A stretch of DNA of 64,000 nucleotides, taken from the NCBI GenBank assembly GCA_964276515.1, contig OZ193910.1:3782001-3846000 (forward strand). The letters run 5' to 3'. Under the pieces are notes generated by a model. The model did not search any database. It worked only from the letters and a program-made list of their open reading frames with translations, and had not been told where the DNA came from. Within the stretch, counting starts at the first letter, position 1, and each line of letters opens with the position of its first letter. Below are positions 26,460 through 39,000 of this stretch, one piece after another. The position numbers were made by a program, and so were the translations under genes. This stretch comes from Gordius albopunctatus. Lineage: Eukaryota.

Positions 26460-29400
26460 TTATGGGGTGCAGTAAATTTTTCTCCAACTTTTCTCAAGCA
26501 TTTCGTTCACCAAAGGTCCATACTTGATGTGGGGATTATTGTATTTAAGTTCGGTGAAGTAGCCAACAGCCCAAACCATAACGTGACGGATGTGAGTGAA
26601 TAATAGGATGAGTTTAATCAGGTGATGCGAGTCGGCTTTGCATTTTTGATTGGTTATGAGTTGCAAACTCTTCATGGCTTCTTGTGCCACCCTAGCCAAA
26701 CGTTCCTTCTTTTTGGTAGTCAGAATTTCTTGAATATGTAAATTAAATATATATGTTTATTGTAGACTCGAATGAAAGACTTTAATAAATATTGACGAAA
26801 TCTTAAATAGGTTTAAAATTTTAAATAGCGCAAGAAAATTTTAACACTTTGATCTTGCAATCCAGTGGCGTAAACGATAACTAAATTAAATTGGTTAAAA
26901 TATTTTAGTTTAAGGATTTTAAGACACTTATAAAAACCTAGAAACATAATATAAACATCTATTTTTTTTAATTTAATTTTTGACAAAATGCGTTGTAAAA
27001 TTTCCGAATATGATTGTGAAAATTGCTCTGAAAAAAAACTTGTTTGAACATTTATTTCCCGTGAAAACATCGGAGCGCCCCAGGAAGATAACTAAGCGAT
27101 TATTATAATGTTCCTCATTATATATAATATTAATCCTTTTATCATTTATCATATTTGTCTAAAATTTTCTGCTATAACACATCACGATTTGATAACTAAA
27201 TTGCCTGCCAAGGCCAGCCAAAACCCTTTAATTTCCCAATTCACTAATGCTGTCCGAATAGCTCGGCTCAAAATGATGATTTTAAATTTCAAGAATTAAT
27301 TTTGTCTTATTTTCAAAAAAAATCATCTAATTCTAGAATTTTTATAAATAGAGGGGTGACAAAATAATATTAAACTTTATAAAAATCTCATTATGGTGCC
27401 CGCCCTGGCCTACTTTAAAATCTCAATTTAGAACGGTAGCCTGCCCGAGCCTTAGCCGAGTGGGCCCCGCAGCGAGCCCGACTTTTTAGTTGTTTAATTT
27501 TAACTTTTTTTTTGATTATTTCATGATTTTATGTATATATTTTTTTAATTTGTGATTTGAGATAATAAGAAAAATTACATACACAACTAAAAAATATTAA
27601 AAACGCGCTAAAACTAAACGGATGGCATTGATCCGTGTATGGAAATCGTGTTGGATTTAACGATTTCCATTGTGATCTTTTGTCTGATAAAAAAGTATTC
27701 TTTCAAATCTAAGGAGACGCTGGAGATCGCTTTTCCAATTTGTTTTGAGAGAGCGAGAGCTTCAATGCCTAAATTCCCGATTGTGGTTGCCACTACGGGA
27801 ATAAATATTGTGTCCGCGAGGGAAGAATATTTGGCTGTCTTCCTATTCTCTGCGCCGACTATAGGGTCGGGGGGAGAGGAGTTGGATGGGGCAAATATGT
27901 CGACCGTGGTGAAGTCCCAAGTGAGATTCAGTTTACAAATAAAATGGGGGAAAATTTTGCCAGATTTCTCCCCCGCCCCCCCCCAAGTGAAAATCCTTGC
28001 TACGCGCCTGTTGCAATCTCTATTGAAATTAAAAGTAGCTAAAACGACCTGAACCTTAAAAATTTCACATTGGCACTTTTTATTCCAATTTAATTTTAAT
28101 AAGTTTTGGTTAACTTAAAATGTGATAATTTGAATTAATTTGATGGGCCCATAAATATATTGATCCCTGGGAAACCTTCAAAAACTTAAGACGGCTATTC
28201 AACTACTAAAAAACTCGAAGAGCATAGAGTAAATGGCTCCCATTTAGATTTTAAGCAACTTGGTTGAATTCGCACATGTGAATCTATAAAGATATAGAGT
28301 AGGTTAAAATTTTAGGTATGCATTGACCGAAACTTGAATCGCTATTTTTCTCGGCCTGCAACCAGTCAGAAGATTTAATCATGAAATTGCGGCGCACTAG
28401 AACCACATTGTTTCCAAATTTTTTATTTGTATAAAAAATGTTAAATATGCAGTTTAAAATCTGCGCCACATACAAAATTATAATTTATTGTCGTTTAAAA
28501 AGTAAAAAACACTTTCTATTTTGGGAATTGAAGCTGGTCCTTTTCTCTTTAATAAGACGAATTACCTTACTGAAAGTGCCCTCGCTAGTGGCGATTAGAG
28601 CTAGAATTGAGAAAAACTCTCTCGCTAATTCAAATAATTTTGATATCAATGGTTGATGTTTTACTTAAAATCATAAAGTTTTTAGTTTGAGATAAAAATA
28701 TTAAATTTATTAACTATAATCTTCTATCAACTGATTCCTTTATTATATTAATTTATTTCCCTTAAAGTACTATGTGCACTCCTTCGTTCTTATATCATAA
28801 CTTGAAATAGAGCAAAATAAAGTGCAAACTGTTTTAATTATCTAGGCCCAAGTCCAGCTCGCACTTTTACTTAGCCCTATTTACACACGACCCAGCCCAT
28901 GAGGACTTCAGTGTTACATTTTCCTGCCAACCCCCAGGGGCAATTTTTTAAATAAACTTCCGCGTGCCCTCCCAAATCCTTAAAGTGTACCACCCTTAGG
29001 AATACCCCATCGGCTTGAATAATCCTATCTACCAATTAGTCCGGATAAATTTTGCTTATAAATATTTCAGCCAATCCCTTTAATGACAAATTAATCGAAG
29101 CAAAGCTAACTATTGAAAATAATCAGGGGGCTACATTATGTTACAAGTAAAAATAAAGAACATACATACAAATGTAAAGGTTATGAGTGACTTCGGGATC
29201 GCCAAAGAAAACCGTCGAAGTTTAAAAAATAAAAATTTGACTTTCTTTAAATAAAGCCTTCTCTGAGAAAAAAAACTCATTTTATCAGATGTAAATTATA
29301 ATGTGAGTTTGGGCGAACATTCTTAGAAACTAATTTGCACTTTTTTGCTGTTTTGATAAGAACTAGGATTAATAAATACTATTGCACCCGAATCATGTAA

Positions 29401-32400
29401 AGTGTAGATTAAGTATAACACAAAAACAAAATAAAATAAATATAAAAATCTGTTTTTGCTAAACCCCCCCCCCCGCATCTTCTTAAGGTGGCCGTCCAGG
29501 AGAGTTCTGAAATAATCAAAAGGTTTGCACTGTCAATGAATTTTCAATCTTTTGAAAATATTAGTGAAATAGGCTTATCTTAAGGAATTACTTTAACAAA
29601 TATATGGTAATCCCATGCGATTTTCGCCAACCTTTTATTTAAACAAAATATAAGATATAAACCTGTGTTAAAGAGAGCTAGTAGCTTAAGACACACAAAT
29701 TCTTCTAGCGTAATTTTGAGATCTTTGAATCGTGCTACGATCATGAACATCGTTTCGTAGATGTTTTGTGGGACAGCTGTATTTACAAAATCTTTTCTAA
29801 AATGTTAAATTCATTGTTATTAAAAAGTTTATATAAAATTTATTTTAATCGTATAAAAATCAGGCGTTTGGTAGCAAATTTTATAAAAAAATTATTATTA
29901 AAAAAGTAAAAGTGTTAAATGGATAAAAATAGGATTTAATGAAAAAATTTAAATAAAATATTTACTTTGTTAATTGTATATCATCACCGACGTTTATAGA
30001 TTCCCCCTTGTTGTTTTTAGAAGAATATGCTATATTCAGTAGAATTAATTCGAACCAAGAAGCTTCTATCAAATATACTTGTTCCTTCAAAGGAATATCA
30101 AAATACCCTTAAAAAGAAAAGATTTATGCCATTTATATTAATTTTTTTTAAATATTGTCAATTAAAAACATTGATTTTAAGTTATTACCTGGAATATGTT
30201 TTACCCAAGTAATTATGTTTATTAGTTCGTTCTCCAAATTCGTTACTAATTTATTTGGCAGGGCGTTGGTGTAAATATTAGAAAGTAAAGAAGTGTCCAA
30301 CAGTCTTGGATTATCAATTATATTTTGCTTGCATCTGGCGGTGTGACATTTTTCGTAATTTATAAGTATAGATATTATGTCATCACCAAACTCTTCGGAA
30401 TTAACAAGCATGGCAGAGTCTGGAGAATTATACTTGTCATTATCGTTAATTGAAGGAAATCCACAAATTTTTGAAGCCGAAATTTCATCAGAACTAACAA
30501 TATTGGTTTTGATGATTTCTGAACATTTAGATTCTTTTTCCTGAGGCGACGTTTTGCTTACAAGGTTGTAAGCTAAACTTTTAGAGTGTTTAGCCTTTTT
30601 ATTTTTCGCCTTATTTTTTCGAATATCTACCACGTTTTAAAACAAATGAAATAATAATTAATATAAATATTAATTTTATTCTACTAATATAAATTTATAA
30701 TAAAAGTTTTTTTTATTCCATAAATCTATAAAGTAAAGTATGGTTGAAGCCCAATGGTTCGAGAAGGTCAATTTTAACTTACAAATTTGTGTCATGCCGA
30801 CCTCGTAGCAGCGTTTAAGTCTACAGGCTTGACAACTCTTTCTCCTATTCCGATCAATCGTACATGTGTTTGTTGCCGGGCAGATATATGCCATTTGACC
30901 TATCGAGGGAAAAGAAGTTTTATTTTTAAATCACTTAGGAATTTTTGCACGTATACACACCATTTTGTCAGTTGCAGGTATTAGTCATATTAGTCATATT
31001 ATATATTAAAATAAAAATAATAGACGAATTCTTGTTAAAAAATAATTTTCAAACGTGTATGAAAGAAAAGTGATCTAATTCTTTTAAATATAAAGTATTT
31101 CTCCTATAAATAATCTAATAATACCTAAATCGAAAAAGATCGTCTTTTTAAGTTTTATTAAATTAATCAAAAAATTATAAAGGTTTCATAAAAATCATCC
31201 ACTTAGCTGGACATGGGCGTAGTCAGGGTTTGGATTAGGTGAGGAAAATTTTTAGGGGTTCTTGCATTGAAATTTTTTTTTCGTCATTTAGGGGGGGGGG
31301 GCCCCTGGCTACACCCATGTAGCTGTAAGTTCAAGGTTTTTTTAAGCGGTTGAGCACATAAAGGTTAAATAAATGTAAATCTACTAAAAACACTTGAGTT
31401 ATAGGACTTCCAAAAGATACAAAAATTTTCTGATTTCATCCTTTATTTGAAATTAATAAATTTTAAGAAAATAACGCTTTCGGAATAATTTAGTGGTTTC
31501 CAATCCTATTTTTATCTAAAAATGACTATCTGGATATTTTCTTCTGATAGAAACATCGAGCTAGTTTACTTATTAAAACCATCTATTTTTTGTACATCAT
31601 TCCATTTTAAAATTCAAAAATAACTCATACATTTACTTTTGTTAATATCCAAAATTGGATTATATACATAGCGCGTTGCATGAGCGTAGCCAGCATTTGA
31701 ATTAGAGGGCGGCAATAATGATTTAGGGAGGGGCGAAATGATTATTTTTAAAATTTTAGCCATAATTTTAATAAATTTCAACAATTTTTTGGATTAGAAG
31801 GGGGGGGGGCAGCCGCCCCTTTCTGCCCCCACTTGCCTACGCTCATGGTGCATTGCTAATTAGATTTATATAAATCGGTGATTAATTTTACCATATATGC
31901 TTCTTTTGAAAAATGCTTTGCAGCCTTCGCAGGACCATGCGCCGTAATGATAACCAGAGGCATAATCGCTGCAAACTTGACAATAACGAATTTGGTTAAA
32001 TGTAGCGGCGATCTCATCACAATTTTCCCCGTAATTTACCGCTTGACCCTGGATAATTTTATCTTCAGAACCCTCAATTTCTGGATCATTTTCTAAGCTG
32101 ACCTCGTCCCGTAGTTTAAATTGATACTCATCCTTGTAAGAGTCGCTGCTGGACCTATCGTGAATTTTAAATGACTTATATTGCACCACTCAAGAAAGAT
32201 TTTAAAAACGTTGGGTCAGCGACAATAAGTTTGAGGGATATTAAAAACGTTTTTTACAACCTTCACAATAAAAAATGTTCTGCCAAAAAAATGTTGTAGT
32301 TAAGTGATGTTTCAAAGATATTTTTAATCATGATATCCAGAATCTAAAAATACTTACAAAGTTTGATCCATATTATTATGTTCATCCGGTAAAATATCAT

Positions 32401-32467
32401 TAAGAATGGCTAAATCCGTGTATATCATTTCCAAGTCGATTCCTAGATATTGGTGGTGAGTCATCAT
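26460..32467 (-). CDS. ESR: Estrogen receptor-type nuclear receptor (NR3A) with divergent ligand-binding domain
   Basis: Exons (-): 32467(acceptor 32478)-32358, 32154-31892, 30899-30783, 30626-30189, 30107-29966, 29796-29663, candidate micro-exon 28600-28571, 26728-26460. [69 protein letters not shown] (ER P-box CEGCKA, D-box PATNT). [65 protein letters not shown]. The 5' end is uncertain. Confidence 0.9.
27620..27925 (-). mobile_element. 3' fragment of a divergent CRE-like non-LTR retrotransposon in an ER intron
   Basis: The minus strand reads [13 protein letters not shown]...[13 protein letters not shown]...[20 protein letters not shown], homologous to the C-terminus of the 10558-12070 element. 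Confidence 0.8.
31212..31319. mobile_element. hAT-type MITE, short variant (CATGGGCGTAGCC family)
   Basis: TIRs CATGGGCGTAGTC / GGCTACACCCATG. 8-bp flanks TAGCTGGA / TAGCTGTA. Confidence 0.8.
31679..31847. mobile_element. hAT-type MITE, ~170 bp, the most abundant repeat family in the window
   Basis: TIRs CATGAGCGTAGCC / GCCTACGCTCATG, TSD-like flanks GCGCGTTG / GTGCATTG. Full or partial copies lie near 1-168, 7807, 13185-13297, 22844-23001, 33641-33770, 39691-39852, 41666-41802 (TSD GTTGGTCG/GTTGGTGG), 45375-45502, 47076-47249, 48500-48668, 51611-51729, 52344-52497 (CCTATGTT/CCTATGGA) and 56049-56200. Confidence 0.85.
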
Positions 32468-34179
32468 TAATTTACGACCTAAAATTAATTAAATTTAAGG
32501 TTATTTAAAATAAAAATCCAAAACATTAATTGGTGTGAGCTGTATTTATTTACGACAAAATTAACCCCATTGTCTAATTCTAAAGTCAACGTTCTTTGTA
32601 ATTTTTTAGAGTCATTACCCTACCTTTTTGCCATACCCGCTACTAAAATTAACCGTTTCAAGCATTGCAAATGATTGACGTGAAATCACTGGATCTCTGG
32701 AACTTCTGTGCCTTAAACGATCCCTTTAAAGGTTTGTTAGAGATGACAATTGCACCAACTTCTCTCTTTAAACAATGCTTCGTCATATGCGTCGAGGAAT
32801 CAATGGATGTATTGTATACCAATCATTAAAACAAAGGGTTTACTCTTATGCAACTCGCTCTAATATTAAACTGTGGAAATAATTAAAAATTGGTTTTAAA
32901 CAGGTTAATGACATAAGTTATCTAATGATTAGGGGCCAAATTTATTACAAATATATAACTTATTTTGGTAAAATAAATAACACTAGGTGGCTACTTAAAC
33001 TATTTTTGCAGTTATAAATGTTTATTTTAAAATCAATAAAAAATGTTTTTCTTATACATATATATTTAAGAAACATCCGTAATAGGAGGTTAACCATACT
33101 TTTATAAATTGCTAACAATTTTGTGTCTGATGGAAAAAGATCCTCGATTTTCATGAGAATGCAAAGAACTATGTTTCCCTATTTTTTAAAATTATTTTTA
33201 AAGCATGTAGGTCATGTAAGGGTAGTTGTCAAAAGGAAGCAATAAGAATGCGGTTTCATATTATTTGACATTTGACAAGTAGGAGGTTCCTTTTTTGGTT
33301 ACATAGCGCGAAATTGGAACAAGTGAAGTCCTAAGCCAGACAGAGTTTTTTACCAAAGAAACTAGTGTTTGGCCATCAGGCCTTTTCCTATCTTCGCAAA
33401 GACCTATGGGTTCGAAAGGAAACCAGCCTTGTTTGGTTTCTATACAGCGACATAGCGTAGCTAGTGGCCTTTATTGCGATTGAAGTGGCGGCCATGGTGG
33501 CCATTAGGTTTGGCAGGATTATTACACAATGAATGAGTAAGTGTGCTCGGTAACTAAATTGTACCCTAGTTGAAGGCTACAGAAATGCTAAATTTGTAAT
33601 CAGATAGAAGAAGACAGAGGTTGTTGTGGCTAAAGAAAGGATGGGTGTAGCGAGGGGAAAAATTCAGTGCAAAAACCCTTAAAACAGATTTATGTTTCGC
33701 CCCCCCCCCTAATTAAACTTTCAAACGTTTCGCCGCCCCCCCCCCAATCCAAAACCTGGCTACGCCCATGAAAAAAGCCTCCAAAAGCCAAACTTGTTGA
33801 CGCAATAAATTCTGCTGCAGAAGGGCCATATAAAATATATTTTAATGAGCACTCCGATTGGGGGCCATTCCTGCAAGTGTAGATAAAGTCCTTTATTATT
33901 TCAAATCAAGGAGGGTGATGATGATGTGAGCCCCTTTGACAGAGGGCTAGATAAAAAGCTGGAAGAAAACCCCAGGCTATGGAGCCTGAGCATAGTCCTT
34001 CTAGGTTTGTTGGGAGGCAAGTTGTTGACAATGTTCTTTGCCGAAGTAATGATTTGCTATTTCTTTGATTAAAACCCTTAATTTTCTATACTTGATCAGA
34101 ACCTCAAGGTTTGAAAACACCGCGCGATGTTTTTAAGAGTTTCTCTTAAACAGTTTAGTGTCGCCGTGGATTTTATTTA

Positions 34180-35315
34180 AATGCTCAGTAAAAAAATCAA
34201 AAATTCTCAGTAAAATATGCTCAGTATTTTATTAATGTGCTCAGTAACAAATTCAAAAATGCTCAGTTATAAATCCAAAATGCTCAGTAATTTTAATAAA
34301 TAATACTCAATCTTAATCTATTTAGCACTAATATTTTGTAAAAATAAAGTTAAATTGAGTGTGTGGAAGTTGAAATAGTTCATTTTGGCTAAATTAAATA
34401 GATTGGAGACCTGATTGTTAAATTTTTAAAGGTTATAAGGTATCTTAGTGTCTTGAATTTTTTCCCTTTAAGTCCTCCCTTCTCTCCCTTCAAATAAATA
34501 AATGGCAAGTTAAAAAAGCTATTAAAAGTAATGACCTATAATTCCCATTCTTTTGCCTTTCCCTTCTTAAATTTTACATGTTTATAATGTATTTTTTTGC
34601 AAAATAAAATTTACATTTGAATGTCATCACAAATATTTACAAATACAGTACAGATTAACAATAATAGTTAACAATTTAAAATGAATAATAGACAAATTTT
34701 GCTGGAGACAACTTTCATTTCAAAAAACTAAAATTTGTTATATAATCAATGTTAAATAATCTAAACTTACCATTACTGAACAATAAAGGCTGATTTAGCC
34801 TTTGAGGGTCTGCCTCGCTTTCTTTTTTGCCCTATAGGCACACTTTTGGCTTCTTTAGGTGGTTGGCAATATTTAAGTTTAATTGCTAACCTAACGATAT
34901 GCTTGCACATATATTTTTTATAAAACGATGGACAATTGCACTTGCCTTGAAACCATTTTTCGCAATCATTAGGCAATTCACATAGCCAAAGCTTAAATGA
35001 GCGCCAAATAGGAAGTAGTTTATGAAATTAAATTTATTTTAATTAACATATAAACAAAAATAAACCATTTTTTATACCAAGCACTTTCAATCCAGGGGTA
35101 ACACGAATCTCGCTCTAGAATTTTATTTTAAAACTAGTTTTTAGTAACTTAGCATAAATAAAAAAGTTACTGAGCAAGATTTGAATAAAAAACTGAACAA
35201 ATAAATTTATTACTGAACAAATAATTAAATAACTGAACATTAAATTATTTACTGAGCATTTAATTATTCTACTGAGCAGAAATTGAATTAAGTACTGAGC
35301 ACAATAATTTGTTCT
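34180..35315 (-). mobile_element. Mutator-like (MULE) remnant with SWIM zinc-finger fragment
   Basis: ORF 34773-34976 reads CNCPSFYKKYMCKHI (CxC-x7-CKH, SWIM) plus an AT-hook-like KRKRGRP. It is flanked by oppositely oriented arrays of TGCTCAGTA (34180-34290) and TACTGAGCA (35170-35300). Boundaries are approximate. Confidence 0.7.
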
Positions 35316-36027
35316 CGAAGGAGATCCAAGTAGAGTTAATGAGGAAAGAATAAAAGAATTACCTTGTAAGTGATAAAATTTTTACGGTCGGTGAATGTGA
35401 AAAGGACCAATTATGTTTAGTTTTGTTTCGCGATAAAATTCTTCTTTGGATTTTATTAAATTCAAACTGGAAACAACAATTACAGTAATGTCGGTTCAAT
35501 TATGTAATTATTATTGACTGATTTTATCCTTAAAACATTTCAAGGAATGAAATAGGTCAAATTAATTTTAAACCTACCAGAAAACAAATAGATGCTCTGA
35601 AATATTTTAAATTACTAAATATTGGCAGGTATAATGTAAGTCCCAACTATCTATAACTTTAGCCTAAAAGAGAAAACAATGAATTCCCTTATTTTTTTGC
35701 CTGAATCTGTTTTCTTGAATTTTATTATGTTTACTATTTTTTAGTTGACAAGAGGACAAAATTTTATAACACTCCTGATTCTCAAAGACTAGGTAAGTGC
35801 TTGATTACTTATTCATGGCAGCAGCTATCTATTTTTCTATCTGTAATGATATAAAAGGTGTCATACAGTAACCTTAAACGCATAGGTTTGTTATCTTTCT
35901 GAAAAATTGATGACACAATTTAAGAATAAATCCTAGACTGCTCAACAATATAATTGTTTAAATTTAGTTATAATAAATAAGTCAAAATTAATTTGGAACA
36001 CAGATTTTTAATTTAGAATTAAAAAAA

Positions 36028-39000
36028 CCAGGGACGATTGGGGTTCGTTTTTCTGTTTTGGTATATTTGCCTATTTTGAGGTATTGTTTTTACAGAACTC
36101 ATCTATACTCCGTATAAACTTAGCACATTTGCTATGCAATTTATGGGCGAGATAGGTGGGAAGGGGCGAGAATGCCTATGGGGGGGTCAATGGTCAAGCA
36201 GGAAGTCAGACAATACTCGTACAACGTTATAATTTTTTTTGCATATACTATTTTTATTTTAATAATTTACCTCAATAAATAAAGTATTAATAAATGTTTT
36301 ATAGCAGTTTATTATTAGAAAAATTTAGCTTTTTAAGTATTTTTATGCAAAAAAACTTTGTTATCATTTTGCATTTTATACTTTATTTTGAGGCATAATC
36401 CACTTTTATTGCCTTATATCAAATTCTAAACTAAGCGAAAATATTATTTATGACGAAGGCAAAGCAAATAAAGGGTATGACCATGGAAAAGCCAATAGTC
36501 ATCCTTCCAAAACGTACAACTTTAAATTCAGAGCTAAAGCGGATTCCTTTAACCTATTATACAGTTTAAATAATTATTAATTGCTATACAATTTATGGGC
36601 TCATTTTTTGTTGTCCATCCGTCCGTCGTCCACCAAGTTACTTACACCTTAAATTAATATTTTGTTCTTGTTAATACCATTAATAATATGACTTTTTGAT
36701 CGTCCGCAGGCTACTGACCAATGAAAAAAATGACCACTGGCCAAATAAATCGAAATTTTTAATTTTTCGTTTTTGAATAGTTTAACATTGATAATTACCC
36801 TATGCCCTCCCCTACAAGGGCCTATGCCTCTATTGACATGTGGGTTTGAATCCCGGCGAACGTTCTAAATTGATGGTTCGAGACCCGGAGAGGACAAAAA
36901 TTTTTATTTTTTTAAAAATTAAATTAATATATTGTTCTTGTTAATACCATTGATAATATGACTTTTTGACCGTCCGCAGGCTACTGACCAATTTAAAAAA
37001 TGACCCTGGCCAAATAAATCGAAATTTTATTTTTCGTTTTTTTTTAAATTAATATATTGTTCTTGTATTAATTGCTATGCAATTTTTATGATTGTTCCTG
37101 TTACTACCATTGCTATTATGACTTTTTTGCCGTCCGCTGGCTGCTGACCCATAGGAAAGATGCCTATTGGCCAAATTGTGAATCGAAATTTTTTTTTCCG
37201 TTTTTTTTGACTCTTATGATTGTTCCTGTTAATGCCATTGATAATATTACTTTTTGAACGTTCGCAGGCTACTGACCAATAAAAAAATGACCATTGTCCA
37301 AAGTGAGCATCAAAAATTTTTTTTCCGTTTTTTTGGCTATCATTGACTTAAAGAGTATCTGTTGGTACTGATCAATGGAAAAAATGACCATTGGCCAAAA
37401 TGTGAATCGAAATTTTTTTTTTGTTTTTTTTTGACTCATATGTATTTATAGACCATCTCTGGGTACTGGCCAATGGGAAAACTGACCATTGCCCAATTCT
37501 CGTTTTTTTTGACTCGTATGTATTTATAGACCGTTGTAATGATCTGAAACATCGACATTCGCCCCCCCCCCAGAGATGCATCAAGATTTTAAGGATTTGA
37601 AAGATTACGAAGCATCTAATACAATTGCTTGGGTCACCAAAATTTTTTTAGACAAAAAATTTGCGGTTCACCCAAAATTCGTTAAAGATTTAGAGAAGTA
37701 TTATGCTGCACAAACTGAATCCCTCAATTTTTGTTAAATTATCTATAATATAATATATTGATTTTCTATTATTGTTTCATTTTATTATATAATAAACATA
37801 AAACACAACTTTATTATTTCATTATCTATATAAATAACATAAAAAATTCTACAATTTTAATACCAGCATGGTATGAGTGGTTATAGCGAACAACTTACTG
37901 ACTTGCAGGCTGGGGATCGAGACCCGGAGAGGACAATTTTTTTTTATTTTTTTTTAAATTAAATTAATATTATGTTCTTGTTAATACCATGGATAATATG
38001 ACTTTTTGACCGCCCGCAGGCTACTGACCAATGAAAAAATGACCATTGGCCAAATAAATCCAAATTTTTCGTTTTTCGTTTTTGAATAGGTTAAAATTGA
38101 TAATTACCCTATGCCCTCCCCTACAAGGGCCTATGCCTCTATTGATATGGGTCCCTGTGCTACAAAGGCTTATGCCCTTATTTAATGTGGGTTCGAATCC
38201 CGGCGAGGGCAATTTTTTTTAATTAAATGGAAAATATGCATAAATAATTAACTAATCATTTTGCATTTAATACCCCTCTATAGGCATTTCTGCCCCTTCC
38301 CACCTTTCTCGCGCATAAATTGCATAGCAAATATGCTAGGTTTATACGGAGTATAGATGAGTTTCGTTCCCCCTTCCCTTCCCCCCTTCCCCTCCCCCTT
38401 CCCACGAGGGCCGAAGGCCCGACTTTTATTTTAATACTTTATAAATTTGAACAATTTTGGAGTAAGCAACCCATAATTTGAATTATGACTATAGAGTCTA
38501 TTCAAATCATCCGAATATGTATAGTATAACTAAAAACAATAAAGTGACAATGAAATGATAACATTTTACCTAATCTAGCGAGTAAAAGATTGCAACGGTG
38601 AAATAAAGTTTAAAATTTTGCACTATATTTAGGGTTAGGTTAGTGGATAGCATAGAAGCAAAAAGGAACGGGGCAAACCCATTTGTAAAACTATTGCGGT
38701 GAGACGTGGGAAAGAAATTATATAAGGGCAAAATAAAAAATTTAGATTCACACTTTGGCCAGTGGTCATTTTTTTCATTGGTCAGTGACCAGCACACGGC
38801 CAACAGCCTATAATTATATAAGGGCAAAATAGGGAAAAAATTCGATTCGCACTTTGGCCAATGGTCATTTTTTCTATTGATCAGCAGTCAGCAGATGGTC
38901 AAAAATCGTATAAATACACAAGGGACAAATAAAAATTCCCAATCAAACTTTTGCCAATGATCATTTTTTCCATTGGTCAGCAGACGGCCAAATTGCCTAT

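Noticed and set aside
37865..37932. tRNA gene
   Set aside because: A/B-box-like motifs are present but I could not fold a convincing cloverleaf, and the 3' part recurs in neighbouring repeats. Treated as tRNA/SINE-derived.
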